DNA of 64,000 nucleotides from Candidatus Marinacidobacterales bacterium (GTDB taxonomy: Bacteria > Acidobacteriota > Vicinamibacteria > Marinacidobacterales > SMYC01): contig CBDCYI010000004.1 in the NCBI GenBank assembly GCA_965224085.1, positions 64,001 to 128,000 on the forward strand, written 5' to 3'. Within the stretch, counting starts at the first letter, position 1; every line of letters begins with the position of its first letter. The translations under genes were made by a program, and so were the position numbers. Shown here piece by piece: positions 32,252-43,753 of this stretch. The notes below the pieces were generated by a model. The model saw only the letters and a list, made by a program, of their open reading frames with translations, did not search any database and had not been told where the DNA came from.

Positions 32252-32524
32252 TCACGGCTCGCTCCCAAAAACCTGACCTCGAAGAACGACGAGCTTCCGA
32301 AACGCGCGAAGCCGGCCGTAGAGACGACACGTTTTCCACAGGCTCCAAAGCCGGTAGGTAATAATACCTACTCCCATTCCGCCCGCAATGCCGGTCAAGA
32401 ATCGTTCGATGGCCAGATCCGGTGAGGCTCCGGCCTGCGCGACAAGCCAGTCGAGCACGAGGAGTGCTGCGAGCAAAGTGCCGACCCCAACGCTCAGTCG
32501 CTGCTTGCGTTTCGAAGCCGCCAC
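32252..32524 (-). CDS. possible small membrane protein, perhaps 5'-truncated by the IS200 remnant
   Basis: Two hydrophobic segments; no recognisable family. Confidence 0.35.
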   Translation of the reverse strand: MAASKRKQRLSVGVGTLLAALLVLDWLVAQAGASPDLAIERFLTGIAGGMGVGIITYRLWSLWKTCRLYGRLRAFRKLVVLRGQVFGSEP

Positions 32525-32894
32525 TAACCGACCACGCCCATAGGGCGTGGGTTTAGGAAGGCCCCCCCGAGGGGGCCGATGACGTTGGGAAGGCCCCGTT
32601 GGGGCCGTCTCTCGTTAACTCAGGTCGAGATCACCTTGGCGAGACTCAAGCTTTTCTTGCTCCCGGATGTACTTTCTTATTCGCTCCTCGTCAAGGCCAA
32701 CCGTACTCACACAGTACCCCTTCGCCCAAAAATGCAAGCCCGTCATACGACGTTCTTTCAGCAATTCTCGGTGGATGCGTACCGCACTCTTCCCTTTCAG
32801 AAAACCGATCGTGTGAGATACGCTGTACTTGGGAGGGATGCTCATACACAGGTGGATGTGGTCCGGTTGCGCGTTGCCTTCTATCAGTTCTACT
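32525..32894 (-). mobile_element. tnpA: IS200/IS605-family remnant: 3' part of the Y1 transposase tnpA plus right-end hairpins
   Basis: PDHIH (HUH), GFLKGKSA, FWAKGYCVSTVG and YIREQ; hairpins CCACGCCC/GGGCGTGG and GGCCCCC/GGGGGCC downstream; 5' half missing. Confidence 0.85.
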
Positions 32895-33019
32895 GGAATC
32901 AAGCCGACTAGGTTGTACAGTCTCGTGGGTTTCGTCCAGTACCCAGACGGATTTGCTGATGCGGGCTCAGGATCGCTCGTCGTCGCTATTCGAGATATCA
33001 TGACAATTGAGGCGGTGAG

Positions 33020-33391
33020 ATGAGTACGACTCGTAGGGAAGAATCCACCGACGCGCTCGCGCGGATTCGCGACCTGCTAGAGCACGAGCGGGTTTCTGAA
33101 GCCAGAGGTGTGCTGCAAGAAGCGCTCGTCTCCCGACCGCACGATGAGGACCTCTTGCGTCTCCAGTCGCTCCTAGCACCACCGCACGTGCGCAAGAGCG
33201 GCACAACACTCGACACCGATCGAACCAAGGACTTCCAGTGGCTCTCCGATAACGCTTCCACGCATCGCGACCGTTGGGTCGCCATTCATGAGGGTCAGCT
33301 CGTCGCCGAGGCGACCTCGCTCGATGAGCTGCTGGAACGCGTGAGCGCTCTTGTGCTGACACATACTCCGCTTATTCATTTCATCGATTAG
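33020..33391 (+). CDS. DUF5678-like small protein
   Basis: C-terminal WL......RDRWVAIHEGQLVAEATSLDEL pattern; GAGG RBS. Confidence 0.7.
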   Translation: MSTTRREESTDALARIRDLLEHERVSEARGVLQEALVSRPHDEDLLRLQSLLAPPHVRKSGTTLDTDRTKDFQWLSDNASTHRDRWVAIHEGQLVAEATSLDELLERVSALVLTHTPLIHFID

Positions 33392-33394
33392 TGG

Positions 33395-33780
33395 ATGCTG
33401 CGCGATCTCGAAGGGAACTCCTTCGCCACCGGCTGCGCCGTCTTCATGGACACAGATTTACCGGAGGCCTCGCCAAAGATCTATGTCCGCATCCAGCCTG
33501 GGAACATGCCGGCGCCCGTGCTAGCACAGCTAGACACGGGAGCTGCATGGTCGGTTCTCAACGTGGAGATCGCACGTCGCATTGGAGCACTCGACACGAT
33601 CGGTGAGCCGTTCACGGCTATCCACACGAATGGGCAGCTTTCGCGGAAAGCTAGTAAGAGCTTCGGTGTCCCTCGCGGCGGATGCCGGAGAATCGCTCAA
33701 ACTCGATGCCACGTTTCTTCGTCTCATCCGACTGGGTACATGGCACATTCCTTGGATATTCCGGCTTACTCGAGCGGATC
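33395..33780 (+). pseudogene. retropepsin-like (clan AA) aspartic protease, N-terminal part; frameshifted and split by an inversion
   Basis: AQLDTGAAWSV and FLGYSGLLERI; C-terminus found on the minus strand at 35059-35118. Confidence 0.8.
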
Positions 33781-34127
33781 CCCCAGTCGGCGATGTTCTC
33801 GAATAGCGGCTCGTCGGTGGAGGTAGCGATGTCCCCTGTCGACTTCACGAGCGTCCAGCCGTCCGGTGCTCCAGCCGTGTCATCGATGAAGCACGAGTTT
33901 AGGATCTCAGGAGTGATGGCGTCCTCCGCCAGCAGCCCGCGATGGTTGGTCTTGGCCACACCGTCGAGCACTTTGGCGAGTCGTACGTAGCCCTGGCGCT
34001 CGGACGAGTCGACGATGTAGCCCACGTCCGCCCGTATCTCTGCGCGCTTGACTCCTGCGCCTAGGGATGCGATGCCGTTGCGTCGCTGCGCGATGGAGGT
34101 GAGGTCCGGGTTGTCCCACGCCATCAC
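33781..34127 (-). pseudogene. 5' part of an unknown, possibly phage structural, gene split by the inversion
   Basis: Coherent ORF MAWDNPD...ENIADWG ending at the inversion breakpoint. Confidence 0.45.
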
Positions 34128-34500
34128 ATGAGCTCTAACGACGTAGAAGTAAGAGTACGACGTGATGGCTATCGCCGGCGCACGTAGACCGGCAACTCAC
34201 GTTCAAATGCCTCTGGCGCCGTAGCCAACACCGACGGCACAGAAAGGATAGATCCGGGCACCCGTACTCAGCGCTCCACTTTTGCAGTTCATCACCCAAA
34301 CGGAGATCCGCATGTAGTGACGACAAAGACTTGTGCTTCATTCACAACCGCGAAGCCATAAGGAGCTCTGCTCAAAGCTGGCCGATCGAGTCAGGCGACT
34401 AGAGCGGGAGGTCGATCGTCTGACCCTATGCAGCCGGCATCGTGACTTTGCCTTCGCGCTGCAAGGCGAGGGGCCGTCTTCTGCACCGGGGAAACTGAAC

Positions 34501-34576
34501 TGGTGGCGAAGGCAGGATTCGAACCTGCGACCTCCAGGTTATGAGCCTGGCGAGCTGACCGCTGCTCCACTCCGCT
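34501..34576 (-). tRNA. tRNA-Met (CAT), initiator-like but atypical
   Basis: Cloverleaf: acceptor AGCGGAG/CTTCGCC, D stem GAGC/GCTC, anticodon CCAGG-CTCATAA-CCTGG, GCAGG-TTCGAAT-CCTGC, encoded CCA. Confidence 0.92.
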
Positions 34577-34725
34577 CCGAGCCGTGTCCAATCCACGCCG
34601 CCGGCGGGAAACTGTCGCAAAACTGTCGCGATCCTCCAGATAACTCCAGGGGCTCAGGGAGCAAAAAGCCACATTTCGGGCGCCATTTCCATCCCTGAGT
34701 CTCCCTGAGCTATCTGGAGCCTCAC

Positions 34726-35020
34726 CGAGCCAAGATGCTCGACTTTGGGCTCGCAAAACCAACGGGTGCGTTTGCCGGAGGCGACGCCGATAGTGCCCTT
34801 CCTACGGTGGCGAAGACAGCCGAGGGAGTGATCGTCGGGACGATGAACTACATGTCCCCCGAGCAGGTAGAGGGACAGGCAATCGATCACCGTTCCGACA
34901 TCTTTTCCGTCGGGATCATTTTTTACGAGATGGCGACAGGCAGACGCCCGTTTCAAGGCGAAACGCCGACTGCCACTCCCTTGTCGATCCTCAAAGACAC
35001 CCCTGCTTCCGTGACCGATT
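34726..35020 (+). pseudogene. Hanks-type Ser/Thr protein kinase internal fragment
   Basis: [27 protein letters not shown] and GRRPF (subdomains VII-X) only. Confidence 0.85.
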
Positions 35021-35058
35021 GCCAGTCCTTCACTGCCGCCGCTTCTCGCGAGAATCCA

Positions 35059-35118
35059 CTAGGAACCGTCGCTGTATCCGAAGTAGAACAGGTTGCGGGA
35101 GGGGTCGATGGCAAATCG
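35059..35118 (-). pseudogene. displaced C-terminus of the aspartic protease
   Basis: Reads [19 protein letters not shown], continuing LLERI from 33780. Confidence 0.75.
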
Positions 35119-35120
35119 GC

Positions 35121-35435
35121 CAGCAAGTCGTCAAGGTCACCAAAGGCTCGGGTGACACCTAGTTTCATCGCTCGTTCACCACTACGGCGCTAGACCGGCG
35201 CATCCTCATCTGGGCAAAGTCGGCTACCGCTGGAGCACAGCGCGAGTGGGCGTACCAGCGCGACGATGGCGATTGGTGGGACGACAGCGGTGAGTCCTGG
35301 GCAGCATCGATAGCGTGGAACGCGCTCGCGCTCACGAACGCGGAGTGGACGCGTACACACTCGAAGCTCATCACGGGCCAAGGCGCAGGTACTGGCGTCC
35401 TCCGCATCGGCAAGAGCGGCGGCAGCGAGTCCTAA
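35121..35435 (+). pseudogene. probable 3' continuation of the unknown gene at 33781-34127 (internal TAG at 35160)
   Basis: [33 protein letters not shown]...; starts at the right inversion breakpoint. Confidence 0.4.
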
Positions 35436-35536
35436 ACCGTTGATTCTAGGGCTAACACAGGCTGAGACCGATTCATGATTTGGTTCCAGGAGCTGAAGCG
35501 GCTCGTTCCGATCGACACCGGATAGGACTCTTTCGC

Positions 35537-38149
35537 TTAGGCTGGCGTCGCGACGGGCTCGCTCGTGAACGTGAACGCACCGTCCTGGACGCCGATCCGC
35601 AGAGTTTTACCCTCCCGAATTTCTCCCGTCAGAAGACGCCGCGCGATTTCCGTTTCGAGCGACTTCTGTATCGTCCGCTTGATGGGCCGCGCCCCGTAGA
35701 CCGGGTCGTAGCCCGCCTCGGCGAGAAGGCGCTTCGCCCCATCCGTGAGCGCGAGCTCGATCCGTTTGTGGGCGAGCCGCCGCGCGAGCCTCTGAAGTTG
35801 GATATCGACGATGGCGACGAGCTGCTCTTTGTCGAGAGCGTGGAAGACGACGACCTCATCAACGCGATTCAAGAACTCGGGCCGGAAGTGTTGCTTCATC
35901 TGGCCGAGCACCTCGCCTTTCATTTGCAGGTAGTGCTCACTGTCCGACGTGCCCTCGAAAGCGAGGATCTCCGAGCTTCCAATATTCGATGTCATGATGA
36001 GCATCGTATTGCGGAAGTCGACCGTACGCCCCTGAGAATCGGTGAGACGGCCTTCGTCGAGAATCTGCAGGAGCAGATTGAAGACGTCCGCATGGGCCTT
36101 TTCGACCTCGTCGAACAGGACGACCGAGAACGGCTTCCGCCGTACGGCCTCCGTCAGCTGACCACCCTCCTCGTAGCCGACATAGCCGGGAGGCGCCCCA
36201 ACGAGACGGGCCACGGCATGTTTCTCCATGTACTCGCTCATATCGATACGTATGAGCGCCTTCTCGTCGTTAAACAGATAAGCCGCCAGTGTCCGGGCGA
36301 GCTCCGTCTTACCGACACCCGTGGGCCCGAGAAAGATGAAGCTTCCGATGGGCCGATCCGGATCTTGGATGCCTGCACGGGCGCGCACGACCGCGTCCGC
36401 GACCGCGTCAACGGCCTCGTCTTGACCGATGACGCGCTCGTGGAGATGGGCGCCGAGTTGAAGCAGCTTGTCGACTTCGCCCTCGAGGAGCTTCGCCACC
36501 GGAATACCTGTCCAGCGAGCGACGACTTCGGCGATATCCTCATCGCCGACCTCCTCTTTGAGCAAAACGCTCTTTCTGTCGGCGAGCGCTGCTTCGGCTT
36601 TCTCGAGCGCGGCGCCGAGCTCGTTCAAGCGCCCGTAGCGAAGCTCCGCGACTTTGTTGAGATCGTACGCTCTTTCCGCTTTTTCGATTTCCTGCTTCGT
36701 CTGCTCGATCGCCTCGCGACGTTGCCGCACAGAGCCGAGAAGGTCTTTTTCTTCCTGCCACTGAGCCCGGAGGCCATCCGCGAGCGCTTTTCCGTCCTTC
36801 AGCTCTTTTTCCAGCTGCCTCAAACGACCCTTCGAAGCTTTGTCCTTTTCCTTCTTGAGCGCCTGGCGCTCAATCTCCAGCTGCATGACACGGCGATCCA
36901 CCTCGTCGAGCTCCGTCGGCACGCTGTCGATCTCGGTTCGTAGACGCGCGGCAGCTTCGTCGACGAGGTCGATGGCCTTGTCCGGCAAGAACCGGTCGGA
37001 GATGTAGCGATGTGACAAAAGAGCCGCCGCGACGAGCGCAGTATCTTTGATACGGACGCCGTGGTGCACTTCGTACCGCTCGTTGAGCCCCCGCAAGATC
37101 GAAATGGTGTCCTCGGTGCTCGGCTCGTCGACGAGCACGGTCTGAAAACGCCTTTCGAGCGCGGCGTCTTTTTCGATGTGCTTGCGATATTCGTCGAGCG
37201 TCGTGGCGCCGATACAGTGGAGCTCGCCGCGCGCGAGCATCGGCTTGAGCAGATTGCCGGCATCCATCGGTGCACCTTCGGCCTTACCCGCGCCGACGAC
37301 GTTGTGGAGCTCGTCGATGAACAAGATGACCCGCCCGTCGGATTCTTGGACCGCTTTGAGGACGGCTTTGAGCCGCTCTTCAAACTCACCGCGATATTTC
37401 GCGCCCGCTATGAGAGCGCCCATATCGAGCGAAACGACCTGCTTGTCTTTCAGTCCTTCGGGAACGTCGCCGCGCACGATGCGCTGGGCGAGCCCTTCCG
37501 CGATCGCCGTCTTGCCAACGCCAGGCTCTCCGATGAGTACCGGGTTGTTCTTCGTGCGGCGCGACAGAATCTGAATCACGCGACGAATCTCGTCGTCACG
37601 GCCGATCACAGGATCGAGCTTGCCGGATGACGCTTGCTGGGTGAGGTCGCGCCCATATTGCTCGAGAGCTTCATAGGTGCTCTCGGGGTTCTGAGAGGTC
37701 ACGCGTTGGGTGCCGCGCACCTCCTTCAAAGCCGAGAGCAACGCCTCCCGGCTGACGCCCCGCTCAGACAGAAGCTTGCCGGACGGGCCGTCATCCGATG
37801 CCAAGCCGAGCAAGAGATGCTCGACGCTCACATAATCGTCCTTGAGGGTTGACGCTTCCTGCTGCGCCTGATCGAGCACGCCTCTCAAGCGCGCTCCGAT
37901 ATAGAGCTGTCCGGCGCCCGGGCCTTTTACGGAGGGAACGGCTTCGAGCTCGTTCTCAACGGCGGCTCTGAGCGACGCGAGGTTCGGCTCGAGACGAGAC
38001 AAAATCGTTTCGGTTAGGCCACCTTCCTGCTCCAGCAGAGCAAGAAGGAGATGCTCGGACTCGATCTGCTGGTGGCCCTGCCTAGTCGCGAGTGCCTGCG
38101 CCTCCCCCACGGCTTCCTGGGATTTTTCCGTTAACTTGTTGAAATCCAT
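35537..38149 (-). CDS. clpB: ATP-dependent chaperone ClpB
   Basis: Two AAA+ modules ([16 protein letters not shown]), coiled-coil middle domain, 870 aa. Confidence 0.97.
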   Translation of the reverse strand: MDFNKLTEKSQEAVGEAQALATRQGHQQIESEHLLLALLEQEGGLTETILSRLEPNLASLRAAVENELEAVPSVKGPGAGQLYIGARLRGVLDQAQQEASTLKDDYVSVEHLLLGLASDDGPSGKLLSERGVSREALLSALKEVRGTQRVTSQNPESTYEALEQYGRDLTQQASSGKLDPVIGRDDEIRRVIQILSRRTKNNPVLIGEPGVGKTAIAEGLAQRIVRGDVPEGLKDKQVVSLDMGALIAGAKYRGEFEERLKAVLKAVQESDGRVILFIDELHNVVGAGKAEGAPMDAGNLLKPMLARGELHCIGATTLDEYRKHIEKDAALERRFQTVLVDEPSTEDTISILRGLNERYEVHHGVRIKDTALVAAALLSHRYISDRFLPDKAIDLVDEAAARLRTEIDSVPTELDEVDRRVMQLEIERQALKKEKDKASKGRLRQLEKELKDGKALADGLRAQWQEEKDLLGSVRQRREAIEQTKQEIEKAERAYDLNKVAELRYGRLNELGAALEKAEAALADRKSVLLKEEVGDEDIAEVVARWTGIPVAKLLEGEVDKLLQLGAHLHERVIGQDEAVDAVADAVVRARAGIQDPDRPIGSFIFLGPTGVGKTELARTLAAYLFNDEKALIRIDMSEYMEKHAVARLVGAPPGYVGYEEGGQLTEAVRRKPFSVVLFDEVEKAHADVFNLLLQILDEGRLTDSQGRTVDFRNTMLIMTSNIGSSEILAFEGTSDSEHYLQMKGEVLGQMKQHFRPEFLNRVDEVVVFHALDKEQLVAIVDIQLQRLARRLAHKRIELALTDGAKRLLAEAGYDPVYGARPIKRTIQKSLETEIARRLLTGEIREGKTLRIGVQDGAFTFTSEPVATPA

Positions 38150-38240
38150 AGCCTACATCCTCCTGACATCGAGGTATGCGTAAGTATAACATATTAGTTC
38201 TAATATATCAAATAATATAATGCCATGGCACTCATTTTAA

Positions 38241-38269
38241 TTGACGAACCCGGGGCTATCCGCTATACT
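38241..38269 (+). promoter_or_regulatory. sigma70 promoter of dnaK
   Basis: TTGACG-N17-TATACT; GAGGAGG RBS before the dnaK ATG. Confidence 0.7.
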
Positions 38270-38314
38270 AGTTATCGTAACGTGGTCCAAAACCATTACA
38301 AGCGACTGCGCTGA

Positions 38315-39260
<946 letters not shown>

Positions 39261-40348
39261 TGCCTTGGTGCACAACTCCGATAGAGGCCGAGAGCTCGCT
39301 TGGCCCCGACTCCCATCATCCGATCATCTCGCTATCAGGCATCCCGAGCGCCGTCATGGTGTTGAGAATCTTGCACCCGATCCTTGCCTCGACTCTCTGT
39401 GCCGCCAACCCTCTCGCTCGCATCGCTGAGCCCACGATAGCCTTGTAGCGATGGAACGTTGTCTCGACTTTGCTCCGTTTGCTGTAGCCCGATTCTGTGT
39501 GCCACTTTCGTTTGCCGAGCCGAGCTTGTGCTGCAAATGTTGCGATTGCGCTGTCGGCTGCTCGCCGGCCCCGATGCGAGCTGGGCGCCCTTGCGCGGCG
39601 GTATCAGCACCCTCGGTGAGCGATGAGCGCTGTGATTCTCGATTGCCTCATAGACGCCGCTGGCGTCGTATGCGGTGTCAGCTCTGGCCGATGAGATGGG
39701 ACTGTCGATCTGTCTGACAAGCGATGCAACCCGCGATGAATCGCGGGCTCTTTTGCTCGTCAGCTCGCAGGCGACGACTTCGCCAGTCTGCTCGTCGACA
39801 CACAGATGGAGCTTGCGATAGTCCCTGCTATTTGGTGCTCTGCGCAGCTGGCCGGCGTGGACAGCGAGACCGCTGCTGTCGATCAAGATGTGCAACGGCG
39901 TCTTCTGCTTGTCTTGGTAGAAGGGGACCTTACCCAGCTTCGCCTTGCGCCTCGAGATCGTGGTGTGATCGGGCACATCATTGTCTAGCTTCATCAGAGC
40001 GAACAACGATCGCAGCAATCCCTCGCTCTGTCTAGATGACAGATGAAACACCATGCCCAGGGTGACAGCCGTCTCGATGGCGTGGTTCGACTACTTGCGT
40101 TGACGGCCCGGTTTCCTCCTCCTCGGCCGGGGCGCGTCCCAGTTCACAAGCTTGCCGGCGGTGAGCGAGATCCAGACGGTCAGGCTCCCACGGTTGCGTA
40201 GACCCGCCTCATATTCACGCCAATTCCTCACGCGATAGGCCTTCTTCACATACTTCCGCTGAGTGCGTTTGAAAATGCTCATGGGGAACCTCGAATCCGT
40301 GAGTAAAGGACAATTGTGGACCGAGATCGCGAGTTGTGCACCAAGGCA
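39261..40348 (-). mobile_element. IS5-family (IS903-like) element, 1088 bp, with an inactivated transposase
   Basis: Terminal inverted repeats TGCCTTGGTGCACAACTC; transposase 40282 to about 39335 has a TAG at 40091 and a frameshift near 39535. Confidence 0.9.
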
Positions 40349-40832
40349 GCCTCGGGCCCATCACGGTCGCGCGTGCGAGGGCGACGCGCTGACGTTCGCC
40401 GCCAGAAAGCTGATCGGGACGGTGACCGGCTCTGCCGTTCATCCCGACGCGAGCGATCGCTTGCGTCGCGCGCTCACGCCGGTCCGACAGAGCAATTCCC
40501 GCGAAGACCATCGGAAGCTCCACGTTCTCTAGAGCCGTCAGCCTCGGTACGAGATGAAAGAACTGAAACACAAAGCCGATTTGATGGCGGCGAACCTCGG
40601 TGAGCTCCATCTCGCCCAGCCCTCCTACCTCCCGCCCATCGAGCTTGTAGACGCCCGAGCTTGGTTTATCGAGACATCCAAGGATGTTGAGAAGCGTGGA
40701 CTTCCCGGAACCCGAAGGCCCCATGATGGCGACGTGCTCGCCGTCCTGAATAGGCTCGTCCACGTCGACCAAAGCGTGCACGCGCTCCTCGCCGAGCGGA
40801 AAACTGCGGCAAACCTTTTCGAGCTCGATCAA
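40349..40832 (-). pseudogene. MacB/LolD-type ABC ATPase truncated by IS5
   Basis: GPSGSGKST and LSGGERQRV; Walker B lost at the IS end. Confidence 0.88.
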
Positions 40833-41986
40833 GGCGCGCCTTCTTCCGCCTCCACGACGACTTCGGCGCCCGGCGCGACTTCGGCGCGGTCGAGAGAGAC
40901 GACGACGCGATCCCCGGGCTCGAGACCGGTCAGAATCTCCGTGTAATCCCAGTTACTCAAGCCCACCGTCACCTCACGGCTCGTAAGCATGAGATCGTCG
41001 CCGACGAGCAGAACGCGGCGTCCCTCCATCAGCGCGGCTGTGGGAATGCGAAGCACATTCTCCTTTACCTCGAGAAGCACTTCGACGTCCGCCGAGGTGC
41101 CCGGGAGCAGCTTCGTATCCAGTTTGCTGTCATACAGATCCACTTCGATCTCGACGGTTCGGTTCTGTGCTTCGATGTCGAGTACATAAGGGGCGACCCG
41201 CGTGACCCGACCCCAGAAATGCTTTCCCCGAAAAGAATCGATACTCACGCGGACTTTCTGGTCGACGGCGATCCGCGCCGAGTCCACTTCATCCATGGGA
41301 GCGCTCACGAAGATCGATTCCGGATCCAGAATGTCGATCGCCGGCGGCACCGGAAGTGCGGGCGGTGACGGTGTCACCCATTCGCCGATCTCCGCGTCTA
41401 CCTCGGCAACGATCGCGTCGAAGGGTGCGTGCAGTATCATCTTTGCGACGCGGGTCTCTGCCAGAGTTACGGAAGCGGCCGCCCGTGCCACGCTCGATCC
41501 CGCGGCGCGGCAAGCGGCCGCCGCGCGACGAGACTCGGTCTCCGCATCGTCGAGCAAATCGCGGCTGGCAATCTCTTCCTCGGTCAGTCGCCTAATACGT
41601 TCCAAGTTCCTCGCGGCCCGCTCGGCGGCGAGACAAGATTGTTCCTGCTGGGAGCGCGCCGCTTCGAGCTCTCGCCCTGCGAGGTCGAGCTGTGCTCGCT
41701 GCAGTTGATCATCAAGCTCCAGAACAACGTCGCCTTTCGCGACACGCTGACCTTCTCGAAACGGCAGGGCTATGACCACGCCGCCGACCTCAGGCGAGAG
41801 CTTCGCGCGACGCCTCGCCTCGAGCGTCCCCGCGCGCGTGTTCGTCACCGCTTCCTCGACGCGTCCCGGTTCCGCCGTTGCGACGATCACCGGCACCCGA
41901 TCTCCCACGAAGATATACAGGCGCAAGAGGAAAAAGACCCCAGCCATGGCCGCCAGGGTCGCGACAATCTTGAAGTAACGTTTCAT
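40829..41986 (-). CDS. efflux periplasmic adaptor (MacA/HlyD family)
   Basis: N-terminal anchor, lipoyl-like halves, APFDA and coiled coil; next to the ABC ATPase. Confidence 0.88.
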   Translation of the reverse strand: MKRYFKIVATLAAMAGVFFLLRLYIFVGDRVPVIVATAEPGRVEEAVTNTRAGTLEARRRAKLSPEVGGVVIALPFREGQRVAKGDVVLELDDQLQRAQLDLAGRELEAARSQQEQSCLAAERAARNLERIRRLTEEEIASRDLLDDAETESRRAAAACRAAGSSVARAAASVTLAETRVAKMILHAPFDAIVAEVDAEIGEWVTPSPPALPVPPAIDILDPESIFVSAPMDEVDSARIAVDQKVRVSIDSFRGKHFWGRVTRVAPYVLDIEAQNRTVEIEVDLYDSKLDTKLLPGTSADVEVLLEVKENVLRIPTAALMEGRRVLLVGDDLMLTSREVTVGLSNWDYTEILTGLEPGDRVVVSLDRAEVAPGAEVVVEAEEGAP

Positions 41987-42213
41987 TCACCCTCGTTTTT
42001 TTTACCCGGCGCCGGCGTCGACTCACGAGGTGCTGGAGACGAGCGTCCTGTCCAGGAAACCTGCAGCGAATCCGGACGCTCAATGGCCAGGGTGCTTCGA
42101 GACGCAACACACGGCAAGCCGCCATCTTGTCATAGAACCGGTCCCAGGGTTCTTCCGTGACAAAGAGGTGGGGCTCGACGATGCCGGGCGCCTGCGAGCT
42201 CTGGCAGAGGTGA

Positions 42214-42984
42214 CTAGCTCGACGTCCGGCCGCCGCTTGCTTCGGTCAAAGCATTGCGCACGTCCCAAAGCTCGGGGAAAAAACGGTAGCGTGTCGTCGA
42301 GGTCAAATAGCGGCTCCCCTCGGTGCCACCCGTTCCGATCGCCCGATCGCCAATCATCCGCTCGACCATGCGCACGTGGTTGGAACGCCATGTAAGGATC
42401 TGCCGGTCGAGCTCGACGCATGCTTCACTGAGAGCGAACAATTCGAACTGCTTCCACCGTTGCTCGTAGATTTCGACTAGGCTTCGCGGCTGGCGCTCGA
42501 CGAGCTTCACGAAGGCTCTGTGAAGGGTCGTCGGGACCTCTTCCACGAGGCCCGGCCATTGCGCGCGAACACGGGTTTCATAAGCTTCGCCGACGGTCTC
42601 GCATAGGCCGCCCATCACTTCGATCTGTCGAAACTGCCGCGACTGCAAGCCACTCGATTGCTTCAAGTAGGACCGGAACTCTTGAAAGTCGGCGGCGCTC
42701 ATCATCTCTAATATGCCGAGCTGAGTGTCGAGCGCTTGAAAAATGCGGCCGAGGCGCTGGATAAGCCAAGTCGCTTGCGCGACGGCGTCGCTTTCGAGCA
42801 TGGCGATGATGCGCTCGAGGTCGTGGATCACTTGGCGGAACCAGAGCTCGTAGCTCTGATGCATGATCACGAAGACGCTCTCCTCTGGATGCGGCGACAC
42901 GAACTTCTGCGCTGTCAGAAGCTTCTCTAGCTGCAGATGCTCGATGTAGTTGAACTGCAGATCTTCGGCGCTCGAATCGGTCAT
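42214..42984 (-). CDS. kynA: tryptophan 2,3-dioxygenase
   Basis: FVIMHQSYELWF, SSGLQSRQFR and HVRMVERMIG...GTGGT motifs. Confidence 0.88.
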   Translation of the reverse strand: MTDSSAEDLQFNYIEHLQLEKLLTAQKFVSPHPEESVFVIMHQSYELWFRQVIHDLERIIAMLESDAVAQATWLIQRLGRIFQALDTQLGILEMMSAADFQEFRSYLKQSSGLQSRQFRQIEVMGGLCETVGEAYETRVRAQWPGLVEEVPTTLHRAFVKLVERQPRSLVEIYEQRWKQFELFALSEACVELDRQILTWRSNHVRMVERMIGDRAIGTGGTEGSRYLTSTTRYRFFPELWDVRNALTEASGGRTSS

Positions 42985-43604
42985 GGTCTTGTCATCTCCT
43001 GGCCCTTGCGCAGCTTGTAGCGCTGTATCTTTCCGTTCGCCGTTTTCGGAAGCTCGTCGAGAAACTCGACTTTCCGCGGACGTTTATATTCCGCCAATTG
43101 CTCCCGGCAAAAGGTGATGAGGTCGCCTTCGAGCACGTCCGGATTGCCGTCGATCCAATCGCGATAGGCGACGCTACGTTCGTTCAAACCTCCAATGACG
43201 ACGACGTGCTTCACAAACGTTGCGACGTCGAGAATCGACGCGATCCTGGGCCAGAGACTTTCATGAACGACAAGTACACGGGCGCGGAAATCGTCGAGAA
43301 TATAGGCATATTCCTTCTCGGTCAGGAGTGTGTTGATCCCGACCGAGATCGCGCCGATCTTGAGCGTTCCAAAAAAGACGGAGACCGACTCTGCGCCGTC
43401 GAGCGAGAGCAGCGCAACGGTGTCACCCATCCCGACCCCGAGCCTGCGGAGCGCGTTCCCCACGCGATTGGCCTCAGTCGCCGCCTCTCCGAAGCTCAGA
43501 GTGCGGGCGTCTGAATAGAGGGCGGTCTTGTCCCGGCGCGATGGGAGATTGCGGTCGAGCATCTCGGACGCGTTGTAATAAACAGGTAGGTCCCGCGCTT
43601 TCAA
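42981..43604 (-). pseudogene. benzoate-CoA ligase-family enzyme with a large in-frame internal deletion (near 43128)
   Basis: N-terminal region joins directly to YKRPRKVEFLDELPKTANGKIQR; the AMP-binding core is absent. Confidence 0.8.
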
Positions 43605-43753
43605 GAGGAGGCGATGATGCCGCAGAGGAGCGGTGCAAGGCAACCGTAACTCGAAAAGCCACGAGGTGTGGGACTTGCGAAGCCAGCCTCGGTCGTAGAA
43701 GATCTACCCTGTATTGTTGTCGGACGCGGAGCGAGGGGCGTCTAGGAGTTTCG

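Noticed and set aside
32531-32610. Three GC-rich hairpins as an ncRNA or mini-CRISPR
   Set aside because: Better explained as the right-end hairpins of the IS200/IS605 remnant
35160-35162. In-frame TAG codons (also 40091 and near 27201) as pyrrolysine or readthrough
   Set aside because: They fall in decayed or frameshifted genes, with no pyl context
38226-38252. Possible CIRCE (HrcA) operator between clpB and dnaK
   Set aside because: Only the left arm TGGCACTC matches; the right arm GAGTGCTAA is absent
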